Below, piece by piece: positions 14,581-28,552 of a stretch of DNA of 64,000 nt. The stretch comes from the human T2T-CHM13v2.0 reference genome, Homo sapiens: the NCBI RefSeq assembly GCF_009914755.1, contig NC_060928.1, one strand, 5' to 3'. The notes under the pieces are model-generated. The model was not told where the DNA came from, did no database searches, and saw nothing but the letters and a program-made list of their open reading frames with translations. A program made the position numbers and the translations under genes. Position 1 is the first letter of the stretch; the number at the start of each line of letters is the position of its first letter.

Positions 14581-16154
14581 TTTAAGCCTACAAGTTATAT
14601 TACCTATTAACAGAACAATTCTTTTCTTACCATAATTGACTATGTTTTGTTGTCTTTCAAGTATATTTGAATTTATTTCTGCTTATTTTATTGATGAATA
14701 AGTTATAATGACATTAAACTCAATCACTTAGTTTTATAGGTAAGGAAACCATATCCCCAGAGGTTAACTGGTCTAAAAATCAATTTCCTAGGGAGAAATA
14801 TTCAAAATATTTCCAAATTTCTTTTATTATCTTGCCATTCACGTTTCAATGATCTTGGAACTTGAACAGGTATGTACTATTATTATCACATTTGTAATTT
14901 TATTTTATCATCAAGAATTTAGAGAGACAATAAAGCTGCCAAACTGATTTCTCCAAAGGCAGCATTGACTTTTCTCTGAAGTTGTGTATTTTATTTTTTA
15001 CTATTGGATTACATAAAATATTAGAGGAAAAAAGCATTTGGAAAAATACTAAAAGAAAAATGAGGTTTTTAAGAATTAGAATGTACCCAGCCTTTTTCTG
15101 TTTCCTTCGGCACAAAGTCTAATTCCTATCTTTCTAACTTGAGATTGTTGAGTGATTTAAAATCATGTTAATCATTTCAACGTTCTCAGTTGTAGGGGAA
15201 AATGAAATAGCTAATTTTATGCTAAAAATAAACCTTGCAGATTTGCTGGATTGCACGACGCTTGAGTGTAAACAACTGTCATCCGTCTTGGAAAGCTAAT
15301 CCTGCCTGGTTTTGACTTTCCTAAGAGAGTGTTCTAACAGGCTTTTAAAGCTGCATGTTGAATAATTGTTTCCACAACTAGCACAGATTGGTTTTCTCAA
15401 AAGAAAAAATGAAAATGAAAGTTCATCCAATTAAAATAGGACTATTAATAGCATACTGTGTGGGAAAGGAAAAGCCTGCTCTTCAAAGGCCTGTACAGTT
15501 CATGACAGAAACACACATTTTCACAGCAACGGAAAGAGTTGGGTGAAAGTTTAAGATTTTATGAAGAAATAGAAAAGCAAATGATTTCGCTTTCTGTAGT
15601 TGGCACAAGTGAGAGTATTAACATCCCTGCCAGAGAGGTGTAGGTGCCTTCACATTGGCTCCACCAACTTCACAGTGCATGGAAGATGGTTCAGCAGAGA
15701 AAGCCCCAAGTTCACTTGGCCTTTGGGTTGTTTATACCTTACCATCAATAGGAGGCAAGGTTAGCACCGTATCATAGGGTATCAACCTTAAGAATGCTCT
15801 TAACTCTGTTCCCTGATCTGGCAGATCATCCTTTCATTAAATAATTCCACATTTTTTGAGGGAAAACACTTTAAAATTTTGGATCGTTAGACAATCTAGT
15901 CATTTATTATATTTTATCCCAAATCAAGAAAAATACATTTGTGAATTTATATTCAAAGTTTAACACTGGGGATTTCAATGAATGGCTGTTGATGCCATCA
16001 TGAGTCAGGGTATTTCTGTTCCAGCAGCCCACTTTCCATGCCGTTTGATGCCAAAGACCAAGGGTCCAAGAAGGACAGATACACCGATATGAATTCAAAC
16101 ACTGGGCTAAGTGAAGAATTCTGTAAACAGCTTTTCTCACATGTAACCCCATAA

Positions 16155-16410
16155 CCACCTGCATATTATATGACTCCATTATATAAAATTAAAAATCAAC
16201 AAAATGAATCTAGAATATTAGAAGTCAAAACACCATTTACTTTTGGGGAATAGTGGAGTATGAGGAAGCTTGCGCTATGCTGACAACATTCCTATGTTTG
16301 ATCTAAATGGTGATTTACATGGATTTGATTGCTTTGTGATAATCCATTGAACTATGCACATAGACGTGTATACTTCTCTGTTGTGTGTTACTACATAAAA
16401 TAAGCAAATA
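16155..16410 (+). mobile_element. L1ME 3'UTR fragment
   Basis: tatgactccattatataaaatt..gtgataatccattgaactatgcac. Confidence 0.7.
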
Positions 16411-16459
16411 AGAAAATCCGTATTAAGGATTCTATCACAAATTTTTAAAAAATTATCCT

Positions 16460-16775
16460 GCTGAGCACGGTGGCTCACCCCTGTAATCCCAGCACTTTGG
16501 GAGGCCAAGGCGGGTGGATCACGAGGTCAGGAGATCAAGACCATCCTGACTAACACGGTGAAACCCCATCTCTACTAAAAAATACAAAAAACTAGTCAGG
16601 CGTGGTGGCAGGTGCCTAGAGTCCCAGCTTCTCAGGAGGCTGAGGCAGGAGAATGACGTGAACCCAGGAGGCGGAGCTTGCACTGAGCCGAGATCGCGCC
16701 ACTGCACTCCAGCCTGAGTGACAGAGCGAGACTCCGTCTCAAAAAATAATAATAATAAAATAAATAAATAAATAG
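16460..16775 (+). mobile_element. AluY
   Basis: AluY diagnostics; TSD aaattatcct at 16450-16459 and 16776-16785. Confidence 0.95.
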
Positions 16776-16785
16776 AAATTATCCT

Positions 16786-17800
16786 AAATAAATGCAGACA
16801 TAAATGTTCGTGATTGGTAAAATTTAACATTGTAGAGATGCCATTCTTCTCAAATTAACTCATGAATTCAGTACATTTTCTGATAATATTTCAGAAGAAG
16901 TTTTTGAGGAACTGAACAAACTGATTCAAAGATCATATGGGCAAACAAAGGTCTGTGAGAAACAAAGATTACAAATAAGAAAGCAAAGAAAGAGAATCAA
17001 CCTAAGGTGTATGAAGACATGTCACAACATCATTTTAATGGTACAAAATAAAGTGGAATACATAGTGTGGTTCCGACATGGAAACAAAAAGACAAGTGGA
17101 ATGCAATATTGAGGCCAAAAGTACCGTTTGGATCAAAAGTTGGAGCATAATAGAGGTGAAATAAATCTGTTGTCATTGACAGAAATAAAAAGAGTATTTA
17201 GTAGAGAATTGTATGAGATTTTATTATATGGAGAAAAATTAAGTTACACGAAATATAAACAAAAATAAACCCTAGATGTTCTAAACTTGATAGCTAAAAT
17301 TAAAAGGCTACTAGAATAAAGGAGGATATATTTATAATGGATAGCTGGGAAATATATCACTGAGAAAAAGGGGAAATCAAATAGAAAAACCAGTTGAGTC
17401 TTTACATAGATAGTACCAAAGGGGAAACTTGAGTGGCTAGCAAGTGTACAAAATGGTGAATACCATCACCAGTAGCCAGAGCAGTTAAATACCCTTTTTG
17501 ACTCCTAAGATTATACAAATGTAGAAAGCTAAATTATAGTAAAATTCGGCAATTACAAAAGGAAAGGGGAATCCTCAGGCATGTCTGGTGAGAATGCAGA
17601 CCAATTGAAACATTTTGGAGCTCAATCCAGCATTCCTTAATGAAAAGAGTGGTGTCTACCCAATGACAAATACGGTGAGAAAGCAATTTCTCACATCTCT
17701 TAAGGATATGACTATATCCTAGAGGATTCATTAAACACATTACAAGGATGAAGAGAAAATAAGAGAGACAGGCCTTATGAAGACCACTAATATCAGTGAA
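16786..17800 (+). mobile_element. Ancient L1M ORF2 remnant
   Basis: gttcgtgattggtaaaatttaacattgtagagatgccattctt..aactgaacaaactgattcaaagatcatatgg resembles L1 ORF2. Confidence 0.65.
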
Positions 17801-18102
17801 GAGTACAATGAACTCCACTTTCAGCACCTTAAGTGCAAGTGAGAAAGGGGAAAAAGTAGAAAGAAAAAGAAATCCTATTTATAAGCATTCTTATTTGTCA
17901 CTTATTTTCTTAGAGAGAATTTATATTTAAATAGAAATCAAAGTAATGATGACTTTATTCAATATTATTACTTCTGTGTTTCTCCAAGGGAGAACAAACT
18001 ACTAACATCTGCATGAACTAACTGGTAATTTTCCCTATTCACCCAAAGCTGCAAAAAATTTTAAACAATCTTATAGCTCTTAGGATCTGGCTTGTAACCT
18101 CC

Positions 18103-18132
18103 TTTTCTCCAGGGGGCGTTATTGCACAGTGG
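18103..18132 (+). promoter_or_regulatory. Candidate CTCF binding site
   Basis: TTTTCTCCAGGGGGCGTTA matches the CTCF core; GCACAGTGG 5 bp downstream resembles the auxiliary motif. Confidence 0.45.
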
Positions 18133-18159
18133 TCATGGGGCAGGCAATCAAGTCTTAAT

Positions 18160-18310
18160 TTTCCCAGCTGTGGTAGTTTAGGCAATTTATTCTGTTTCTC
18201 AATTTAATAGCTACGAAGTAAACATAATGGTATCTACTACATAAAATTGGAGGAAAAATTAAATCAAAGCATTTATGTGCAGGGCTTGGCATATCAACCA
18301 CTACATTTAG
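18160..18310 (+). mobile_element. MIR fragment
   Basis: cagctgtggtagtttaggcaattta..ataatggtatctactacata..ggcttggcata. Confidence 0.55.
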
Positions 18311-20352
18311 ATCTTGTTAAGAATGCCTTTACTTCCTGGATTCTTCTTAGTACTCTACCTGTCCTAGGTGGATTTATTTATCGTTATCATCATGAATCAT
18401 GCAGACCTCCAAGTTTCTCTTCTTACTTGAAACAATCTTTCTTATTCTACTCTTTAAAGTTTTTTTTTTTTTTCTATCTCTCGTACTTCCTAAAAATTTA
18501 TCTTTTCCAGGCAGGCGTTTTGAAAACCAAATGAAGAAAAACTTTGCAGTGTTGGTGAATATTTAGCAAAACATAAAAATGAAAAATGTTTTCTGACCAT
18601 AGCATACTTCATTATCAGTATAACAACATGGTAGTGGTTGAGTAAATGCAGCTCTTACTAGGAAATGCAAGGATTCCAGAAGCAGATAAGTTTTATTGCC
18701 AAAAAACCCATAAATGTTCTTTAATCTGGAAAGTATCCACATAAAACAATAGACCAGATTTTTTTGATCATTTTGTACAGTCATTTAATATTTCAAAATT
18801 AAAGCATGGAGGGAAAAAACCTCATAAGCGAGTTGAATCAAAGAGAAACAATTTATTAAGTGATTTATTTGTGAAAATAAACTTGATGATAAATATTCTA
18901 GAGGGGGAAGAATTATACTATTATTTTCAGAAACAAAAAGAGTTTAAACTTTTTTTAATGTAATAGAGTGTGGTGTGTGTATTTTATCTTTTAAAATTAT
19001 AATCAACACTGATGAGTAAACACCTGAGGTACTGATTACAAGTTTCTTAACCAAACCTCATGGAGGTGGCTTTGCAAAAGTGATTCTTTCTGCTAAGTAA
19101 TGTCACAGTGACTCTGAACCCCATTGGTACTATTGAATCCTGTTTGCACCATGCCATTCGTGAGAACTTTGTATTTCAGTGGGCATTGTATTTATTCATG
19201 GAAGAATACCACTGGAAATACCTGTTTTAAGACAGGATTCCTGTTGAATAAGCCATTGTGAGTATTTGTGTATAATCATTTCCTGTAGATAAATTGTCTG
19301 CTGGCAAATAAATAATATGGTCCATTTTCAAAATAAACTAGCTCGTTGTTCTGAAAAGCCGCAAGCAACATCATTTGTGTTGGAGTGTTTAAACAGGTGA
19401 TATGTGCTTCCTTTAAAAAGGAGAAAACTAAAAGTGCACTATTATATTGAGCATGCAGGTTTTTTGGGTAGTATTGATTGCATATTCAGTTTTTATTCAT
19501 TAGAAACTAAAACTTCCTAAGTAAGCCCACCTTTTATATTAATTGATTTTGATAACATGAATCTCTTGCAGTACCTTAAGTCCAAAATTATTATCTATTG
19601 ATCTGACTCCCCCAAGTCCTGTCCATGCTCCGTGTAATATCATACTGCCTGCCCACCATTCTACGTGTACTCTCCAGACTGCCCATTGTTCCACACGTAA
19701 TAATAAATGCATCTTCCAGATCTGTTTTCTCCCTTCCACCCACCAACACCGGGGCTGAGTAATAGAAGGAAGGGCCACATATTGGCCAACCCACAAATGT
19801 AGGCAAAGCTAAGGAAGCTGAACACAGGGGCGCTGTCAGAGGAAGTTTCTCCAAAGACTATTACATAGTGATGTAGGACTAAGAACTGAACCCAGGACTG
19901 ATGGCATTTCAGTACTTTAAGGTGAGATCTGAGCACAGCTGCAACTTGGATTTCAGTCCTGTTCTAACTGAAATAAGTAACTAGGAAATTCTCAAGGCAG
20001 AGTGTTGGCAGGAATTCAAGCAGGTCAGCCTCCAGTTTGGGAGATCTGATAGTGGAGCTCAGGGACCCAGGCCCTTCTACTGTGGACTTCACGGGCAACG
20101 AAGTACAGAAGTGTTTAGTGGGTGGGGGGAGAGATCAACATTCTCAAATTCAGAACAAGACTGGTTTCAAGGTGACCACCAATGATGGGCCAGATAACTA
20201 GGATTACAAGTCTCTTCCTCTCCCTTGTCCACCTAAGGCTCAAGTTGTTCAAAATTCTTTTTCAAGTCTTCATTTATTTTTATATCTCATTATTTTCTAC
20301 AGACGTGTGATTGTTCCACTTTTATACATAGCATATTTCCCTAAGTGTTCCA

Positions 20353-20780
20353 TGTCATGGGTTAAATTATGTCCCTCCACAGAGAGATATTTTGAAGTAC
20401 TAACCCCCAGTACCTTGGAATATGAATTTATTTGGAAATAGGGTCAGTACTGATGTAATTATTTCTGATTAGGTCATACCAAAGTCGAGTGTGCCCTAAT
20501 CAAATATGATTGGTGTCTTTAGAGGAGGATGATGTGAAAATGCAAACACATAAGGAAGACAGCCATGTGAAGACAGAGGCAGAGATCAGGGCTATGTTGC
20601 CACAAGTCAAGGAACCCCTGGGGCTACCAGAGCCTGGTAGAGGCAAGGAAGGATCCTTCACTGGAGGCTTCAGAGGGAGCATGGTCCTATCAACATGTTG
20701 ATTTCCAACTACTAGTCTCCAGAACCATGAGAGAGTGGATTTCTCTTGTTTCAAACCACACATTGTGTGGCATTTTGTGT
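20353..20780 (+). mobile_element. MLT1B-like MaLR LTR
   Basis: tgtcatgggttaaattatgtccc..gccatgtgaagacagaggcagag..gaggcaaggaaggatcc..ctccagaaccatgagaga. Confidence 0.85.
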
Positions 20781-21835
20781 TATTATTAGCTGCTGTTGTA
20801 TCCTCACTGCCTGGCCTGATGATTTATATGGACTGTGTGCTTGGTACAAACAAGTAGATATGCACCTGCCTTTCTTCCACTTCTACTAGACTAAAATTTC
20901 CATGAAGCCAGAGACTATGTATGACTCATCTTAGTCACCCTTCAAGAAAGGATACTTCACAAAATGGGCCCTAAGGTATTTGTTGAATGGAAACATGGAA
21001 GACCTCAAGTTTTATGTTCTTATAATAGCCCATTTTTATTCAAATAAAGTTATGGATAAACAATGGAAACAATAATACTCAGGAAATACAGATGAAATCT
21101 ATTCGCATATCTTCCACAGCTCTATCTCCTCATCGTTGACTTCATATTTATTACTGTTACTGAAATATTGAAAACACAGGACAATTCACACTTGGGCTGC
21201 TCGTATCTGTGAGTATATACAGCATGTTCCCACAATTCTCAGCTGGTTCATCCCTGGTTAGTGTATAAACTCTGGACAGAAATGCTCGAGTGTGGTTTAT
21301 GTTAGCAAACCCGGTTGCTTCCTGAGTGCTTCCCTTGCTCCTACCAACCATTTTCCAAATGGAAAGACAACAAACAGCTCTTTTATTGCTGTAACTGCTA
21401 GCAATCCCAGTAGCATGAGAAAGTTCACTTTACAGAGTTTATTACTCTGTAATAATAAAAAAAGAACAAAAGAAAATTGCCAAGGACAAGGCAATACAGT
21501 CAGTGTCAGTATTATGATTATTCAGAGAACAGAAGCCATGGAGCTGCCGTTACTATAAACATGCCTCCCTTTTATTGGCAGATGTTTCACTTAAACAAAC
21601 ATAATCAGGATTTGGGAAGATTCACCTTGGCAGCAGCTAAAATTAATGAATATTCACTAATCTCCTTGTGTCCCAGTTGTTCCTCCAGCTGCTCTGGAAA
21701 CTGTATTTATGGGGGTGCACTGGAGATAGGCAGCTGAGAGCATCATGGGCCACACATTGTTTCAGATCCATCCACAGCTCCACACATACAAGGAGAAAGT
21801 TTATTTCCTTTTTTATCCCTCATTATTATAAACAT

Positions 21836-22447
21836 TGTAAGCCAAAAATAAAATTCTAAGGCCCCCAACCACTTGAATGGATCCCTCCTCTGAGCCAGGG
21901 CACTTCAAGGTTAATCTGAAAAACTGGTTCAGGCCATGACAGGAATGGAGGGTCAAACATGCTTCATTATGCCCTCCTCCCTTTTGGAATTCAGGAAAAG
22001 CCGACCAGCATTTAACTCAACACAGACCTTAAATCTGATAAGAAACATTTACAGTCTATTCTCTCTGAAGCCTGCTACCTGGAGTTTTCATCTGCATGAT
22101 AAAACTTTGGTCTCCACAACTCCTTATCATAACCTACACATTCCTCTCTATCAATAATAACTATTTCAACCAATTGCCAGTCAGAAAAGTTTTAAATCTA
22201 CCTATAACCTGGAAGCCCCCATTTTGAGTTGTCCCCCATTTCTGGACTGAACCAATCTATATCTCACATATATTTGATTGATGTCTCATTTCTCCCTAAA
22301 ATGTATAAAACTAGGCTCTGCCCTGACCACTTGGACACATGTTCTCAGGCTGCCCTGAGGGCTGTGTCATGGACAATTGGTCACTCGTATTTGGCTCAGA
22401 ATAAGTCTCTTCAAATATTTCTCAGAGTTTGACTCTTTTTGTTGACA
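21836..22447 (+). mobile_element. MER4 family solo LTR (MER4B-like, ERV1)
   Basis: tgtaagccaaaaataaaattctaagg..ttgactctttttgttgaca; 612 bp; near-TSD acat/atat. Confidence 0.88.
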
Positions 22448-25104
22448 ATATGTATAAGTACCTCTTTAGTTTATTTCATAGTATTCCAGAATCCCCCCAA
22501 AATGCTGGTACTGAGAGAAAGCTAATAACAATTCTATATTCCAGTCACCTTAACTTTGAATTCTTTGTATCAACATGATAAGTTTGGGAACGTATTATCG
22601 TTTTAGTCATCAAAAACGAACTTAAAGACATTTACAAGAAAGAGAAACTAACTCATGCCCACTTATGGAAAAGGGTGGGGTTTACCATGACTATTCAATA
22701 GGTTTTGGGAGTGGGGTTGGTTGAATCTCCCAGAACTCAAGAGATAATCCACAAAGAATCAAAGCACCTCCTTTCTCTGCCTCTGATCCCCGCTCATCCT
22801 GTTTCCTCTGCAGGCAGTCTCTCTGTGCTTTCTCCCCAGTATGGCCGCAAATGACCTTATTCTCAAGTCTCTGTCCATTTCTATTTCCAAGGATCCACTA
22901 TCTAATGCTAGTCCAATTTTTAGTGTGTCTTAGTCCAATTCCTGAGAAGGCCAATCTGGACAACTCAGCTATTAAGCCTGGCCAGATGTCCATGCTGTCC
23001 AAACGGACAAACAAGAGAACTGAGGCCCACTGCTTCCATTGCCCTGGGGCGAAGAAGCAGACTTGAGAGCAGAGTACGCATCTGAAACATACTTCAAAAT
23101 GTACCCTAAAGATATTTAGCAAAAATAATCCCTTCTTGTTGCAAAGTGTTAAAAACATAAGTTCCATCTTGACTCTCACCCGATCACACCTTTGGTTCAT
23201 TTAGTGATTGCTTCACGATTCTGACATAGCACTTTCTAATACCTGGAAAAAATTATATTATTTTGGATTTATAAATCTGTGAGCAGAATACTGTTCCCTT
23301 TTGTACCATTTCAGTTGATAATTAGCAGTGATGTGCTGGTAGGTAGTATTATCACTGTAAAAATAGATTAACAAATTCCCATGATTCCTGACAATTACTC
23401 AGTACTCCTCTGGTATAGAATTTTACTGTTCTTGCTTCTATAAAAGTTAAAAAAACCCACAGGTTACTTTTCAGTTTCCGAGCAAATTTAAGTTAATCTC
23501 TTTATGCAACTCATTTCTGTTATACGGTAGGTCTTTCCCTATTACTTTTTTTGCTATGCTGCCATTAAATTCAATCTCATAACTCTAAAATAGGATTTGT
23601 AGGCATTGTTCTAAAAAAATGTTTTATTTGATTAAACTAGCCTCTTCTTGGAATCGTCTAAGGCTATCAACTCAGATTACAGAGCAGTGATTTCACTTTG
23701 ATTCATAGGCTTCACACAGAGACAAGAGCAGGTGTACAATACATTTTTTATTAATGTACAGAGACTCAGAGAATTCAAGTATGAAGGGCTACATGAAAAA
23801 GGTCATCTGCCAACCAGACAGTAATCAGAACATAAAGCTAACCAAAATACATACTGTTTATAAAAATAGTATATATAAATGTATTATCTTTCTTCAAGTG
23901 TTTATTAGTATACAATTCATGTGATAGTTGACAAACAGAAAGAAAGTCCATACAACTCATGTGTGCAAGGCAAGTTTTGCTTATCATTATGTCTGTCCAA
24001 TATAGTGCCTAACACCTCAGAGGTGTTAACTCCTAGGAGGTATTATCAATATTTGCCGAAAGAATGCAAGCGGGTAATTTAGGACTGTAACAGGAATGGC
24101 ACAAACAGAATAAGACCATCGCAAACTTCCTGTTAAAAGGCAAGTATGCAGACTATGGCATCAATGTGGGACTGGCGTTGAAAGCAGGATTAAACAGCAG
24201 GGCCTGTGTCACAGAAAGAAATAGATTCTCATCTGGGACATAGATTCGCATCTCTGAGACACTGGAAAATAGACTCAGGAACAAAGCCTCAGATCTGTAA
24301 AAGATGCACCTCAGAAGTTCACATTCACAAGGGGCTGGAGAAGACAGAGTCAAAGAAAGGAGCCAGTTCTGCTAACACCACTGTGGACCACGTAGTCACC
24401 ATCCTGAAAGCAGCAGTGCTATCTTCTTATACCCAAAAGGCACAACATGAGACACTTGAGTCAAATTCTTTCATTCTGAGACAAGGAGTGTAAAGATTTA
24501 GCTCCGGAGGTCAAGATATGTGAGCCAAACAAGAAATGCCATCAACAAATAACTCTTACAGTGAAGGAAAGGAAGGTGTGAGGAGAGTGATGAGGCTCAG
24601 ATCTCAGAAAACCAAGCTGAAGTAAAACTATTTAGAGCTTTGCAAATAAAGTTAGCCTATTAAACCTGAAGATAGGACTCAGTAGGGTCAGGTTGACTGA
24701 AAATCACACAGCAACGGGGAGATAAGATGACAATGGCATAAAGCTGGGTCAGGCTGTCTAGAGGGAGATGCAGAATAGTGACACTAATCAGGTGTTTTGG
24801 GTGACATTTATATCTAAAAATAGTATGCAACTCACACAAACATATTTATATCCATAGGGATTAGTATTAATAGGATTAACATCTTAGCACTTAACATCTT
24901 AAGTACTTCACAAAGATTAATTCAATATTATTTAGATTATGAGTGACTAACAGATATTGCTCAGTTGTGAGGCAGACTTGCTGACTTATAGTCATTTATT
25001 GTCCACGCTTGCTGACCTGTTCAGCTGCTCTGTTATGCTCAGGGGAAAGGAAGTGGAAAAGCTTTTGATGTATTTCTGTCTTCTCAATATATACATAGGG
25101 AGAA

Positions 25105-25239
25105 TGGATAGGTAGATAGATAGAGAGATGATTGATTGATACACAATTGATCCATAGATAGGATAGATTAGATAAATAGATGATTGATAGATTGATAGAT
25201 ATACAGATAGGTAGATAGATAGGAGAGATGAGAGATGAG

Positions 25240-25285
<46 letters not shown>
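25105..25285. repeat. (GATA)n STR with a pure (GATA)11 at 25241-25284
   Basis: directly visible. Confidence 0.95.
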
Positions 25286-25286
<1 letters not shown>

Positions 25287-25647
25287 GATATGGTTTGGCT
25301 GTTCCCGCACCCAAATCTCATCTTGAATTGTAGCTCTCATAATTCCCACATGTTGTGGAAGGGAGCCAGTGGGAGGTAATTGAATCATGAGGGAGGGTCT
25401 TTCCCATATGTTCTTGTGGTAGTGAATAAGTCTCACGAGATCTGATGGTTTTATAAAGAGGAGTTCCCCTGCACAAGCTCTCTTGCCTGCCGACATGTAA
25501 GACGTGACTTTCCTCCTCATTTCCCTTCAGCCATGATTGTGAGGCCTCCCCAGCCATGTGGAACTGTGAGTCAATTAAACCTCTTTTCTTTATAAATTAC
25601 CCAGTCTCCGGTATGTCTTTATTAGTGCATGAGAGCAAACTAATATA
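25286..25647 (+). mobile_element. THE1C-like solo LTR
   Basis: gatatggtttggctg..cccaaatctcatcttgaattgtag..ataaattacccagtctc..ctaata; 5-bp TSD gatag. Confidence 0.92.
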
Positions 25648-25790
25648 GATAGATAGGATAGATAGATTAAATAGGTGATAGATAGAGAGATAGATAGATA
25701 GATAGATAGATAGACAGACAGATGACAGGATAGAGAGGATAAACAGATAGGTAGACACATGATAGATAGATAAATGATATATAGATACAT
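25648..25790. repeat. Degenerate (GATA)n, continuation of the STR after THE1
   Basis: directly visible. Confidence 0.85.
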
Positions 25791-26029
25791 CTAGACATCA
25801 CTCAGCTAATGCTGTTTAACAAACTAAAACAAAATAGACCATATATTCTTGAAGATATCCTTCTAGTTCTGACAGGAGAAGAGACTTGAGGAGAGGCTGG
25901 GCTGTACTACAAAGAGCATCAGGCAAGGAGTTCTGGATTTTATAACCTTGGTAATTCCCTACCTTTATAAACTCTATTTGACTGATATAAAAATACTCTG
26001 TTTAATCTCGATAGTCTCTAGGTTTCTAG

Positions 26030-27790
26030 TTTGTTTTTGGTATAAATTTAAAATGTACAAGTGCAATATTGTTACATAGATATATTGTGTGATGCTTAAG
26101 TCTGGGTTTTTAGTTTATCCATCACTTGAATTAAGTACATTGAACCCATTAAGTGATTTATCATCCCTCATCTCCAACTCCTCACCCTTCTGAGTCTCCA
26201 ATGTGTACCAGTCCACATTCTATGTCCACATGTACACAATACTTACCTCCCACTTACAGTGAGAACATGTAGTACTTTTCTTTCCATTTCTGAGTTGTTT
26301 TACTTAAGACAATGGCCTTTGGTTTTATCTATGATGCTGTGAAAGACATGATTTCATTTTATGGCTAAATGTTATTCCATTATGCATATATGTATAATTT
26401 TATATATTTATATGTTACATATTTATATATTATTGTTTATATATAATATATATTTATATGTTATGTATAATTATAATTATATAATATTATACATCATATA
26501 TAATATATACACTTCACCTTTCACTATATATATATAATTATATATACAATATAGAATATACAATATATACAATAAAATTATATACAATATAATATATAAT
26601 ATATATACAATATGTAATCATATATAATTATATAATATATATACAATATAATATACATACAATTGCATATAATATATGATATACAATTGTATATAATATA
26701 TAATATATACAATGATATAATTTATCAATATATAATTATATACAAATATATAAAATATATATAAATATGTGTGACTATATAAAATATATAGATATTAATT
26801 ATATATTATATATAATTTTAACTATATATAATTATATATACTAAATTATATATAATTATATATACAAAATATATATACTATATATACTATATATAAAATA
26901 TATATACTATATATACTATATATAAAATATATATACTATATATACTATATATAAAATATATATACTATATATACTATATATAAAATATATATACTATATA
27001 TACTATATATAAAATATATATACTATATATACTATATATAAAATATATATACTATATATACTATATATAAAATATATATACTATATATACTATATATAAA
27101 ATATATATACTATATATACTATATATAAAATATATATACTATATATACTATATATAAAATATATATACTATATATACTATATATAAAATATATATACTAT
27201 ATATACTATATATAAAATATATATACTATATATACTATATATAAAATATATATACTATATATACTATATATAAAATATATATACTATATATACTATATAT
27301 AAAATATATATAGTATATATACTATATATAAAATATATATAGTATATATACTATATATAAAATATATATAGTATATATACTATATATAAAATATATAGTA
27401 TATATACTATATATAAAATATATATACTATATATAATATAGTATATACATTATTATATTATTATTTATTATATTATATATACTCTATAATTATATATACT
27501 AAATATATATACTATATATAAAATATATAGTATATATTATAATTATATATAATATATACTATATATAATAGTATATATGATTATATATACTATTACTATA
27601 TATAATAGTATATATTATATATATACTATATATAATTATGTATAGTATATATATTATATATATAATTATATATAGTATATATATACTATATATAATTATA
27701 TATAGTATATATATACTATATATTAATATATATATAATATTTCCTTTATCCAACCATCTGTTGATAAACACTTAGATTGATCTAGGATTC
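26030..27790 (-). mobile_element. L1PB4 3' end split by an AT-rich expansion
   Basis: gtacaagtgcaatattgttacatagatatattg..ctcccacttacagtgagaacatg..tattccatt, resuming as tttcctttatccaaccatctgttgat. Confidence 0.85.
26386..27740. repeat. AT-rich minisatellite with a 29-bp VNTR core (26870-27418)
   Basis: 15 copies of tatatatactatatatactatatataaaa plus 4 variant units, within degenerate (TA)n. Confidence 0.95.
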
Positions 27791-27849
27791 CACAATATTA
27801 ACGGGAGTTGGAACGTCATTGCCTGCAATTTTAAAATAATAATCTGGCA

Positions 27850-28552
<703 letters not shown>

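Noticed and set aside
16038-16154. Short protein-like ORF MPFDAKDQGSKKDRY..
   Set aside because: It is only 38 codons, with no recognisable homology or convincing splice donor.
19820-19836. Second CTCF-like motif cacaggggcgctg
   Set aside because: It is one G short of the core and lacks the 5' CC, so the match is weak.
24996-25520. 174-aa ORF with SIYL repeats
   Set aside because: It is a translation of the THE1C LTR and the (GATA)n STR.
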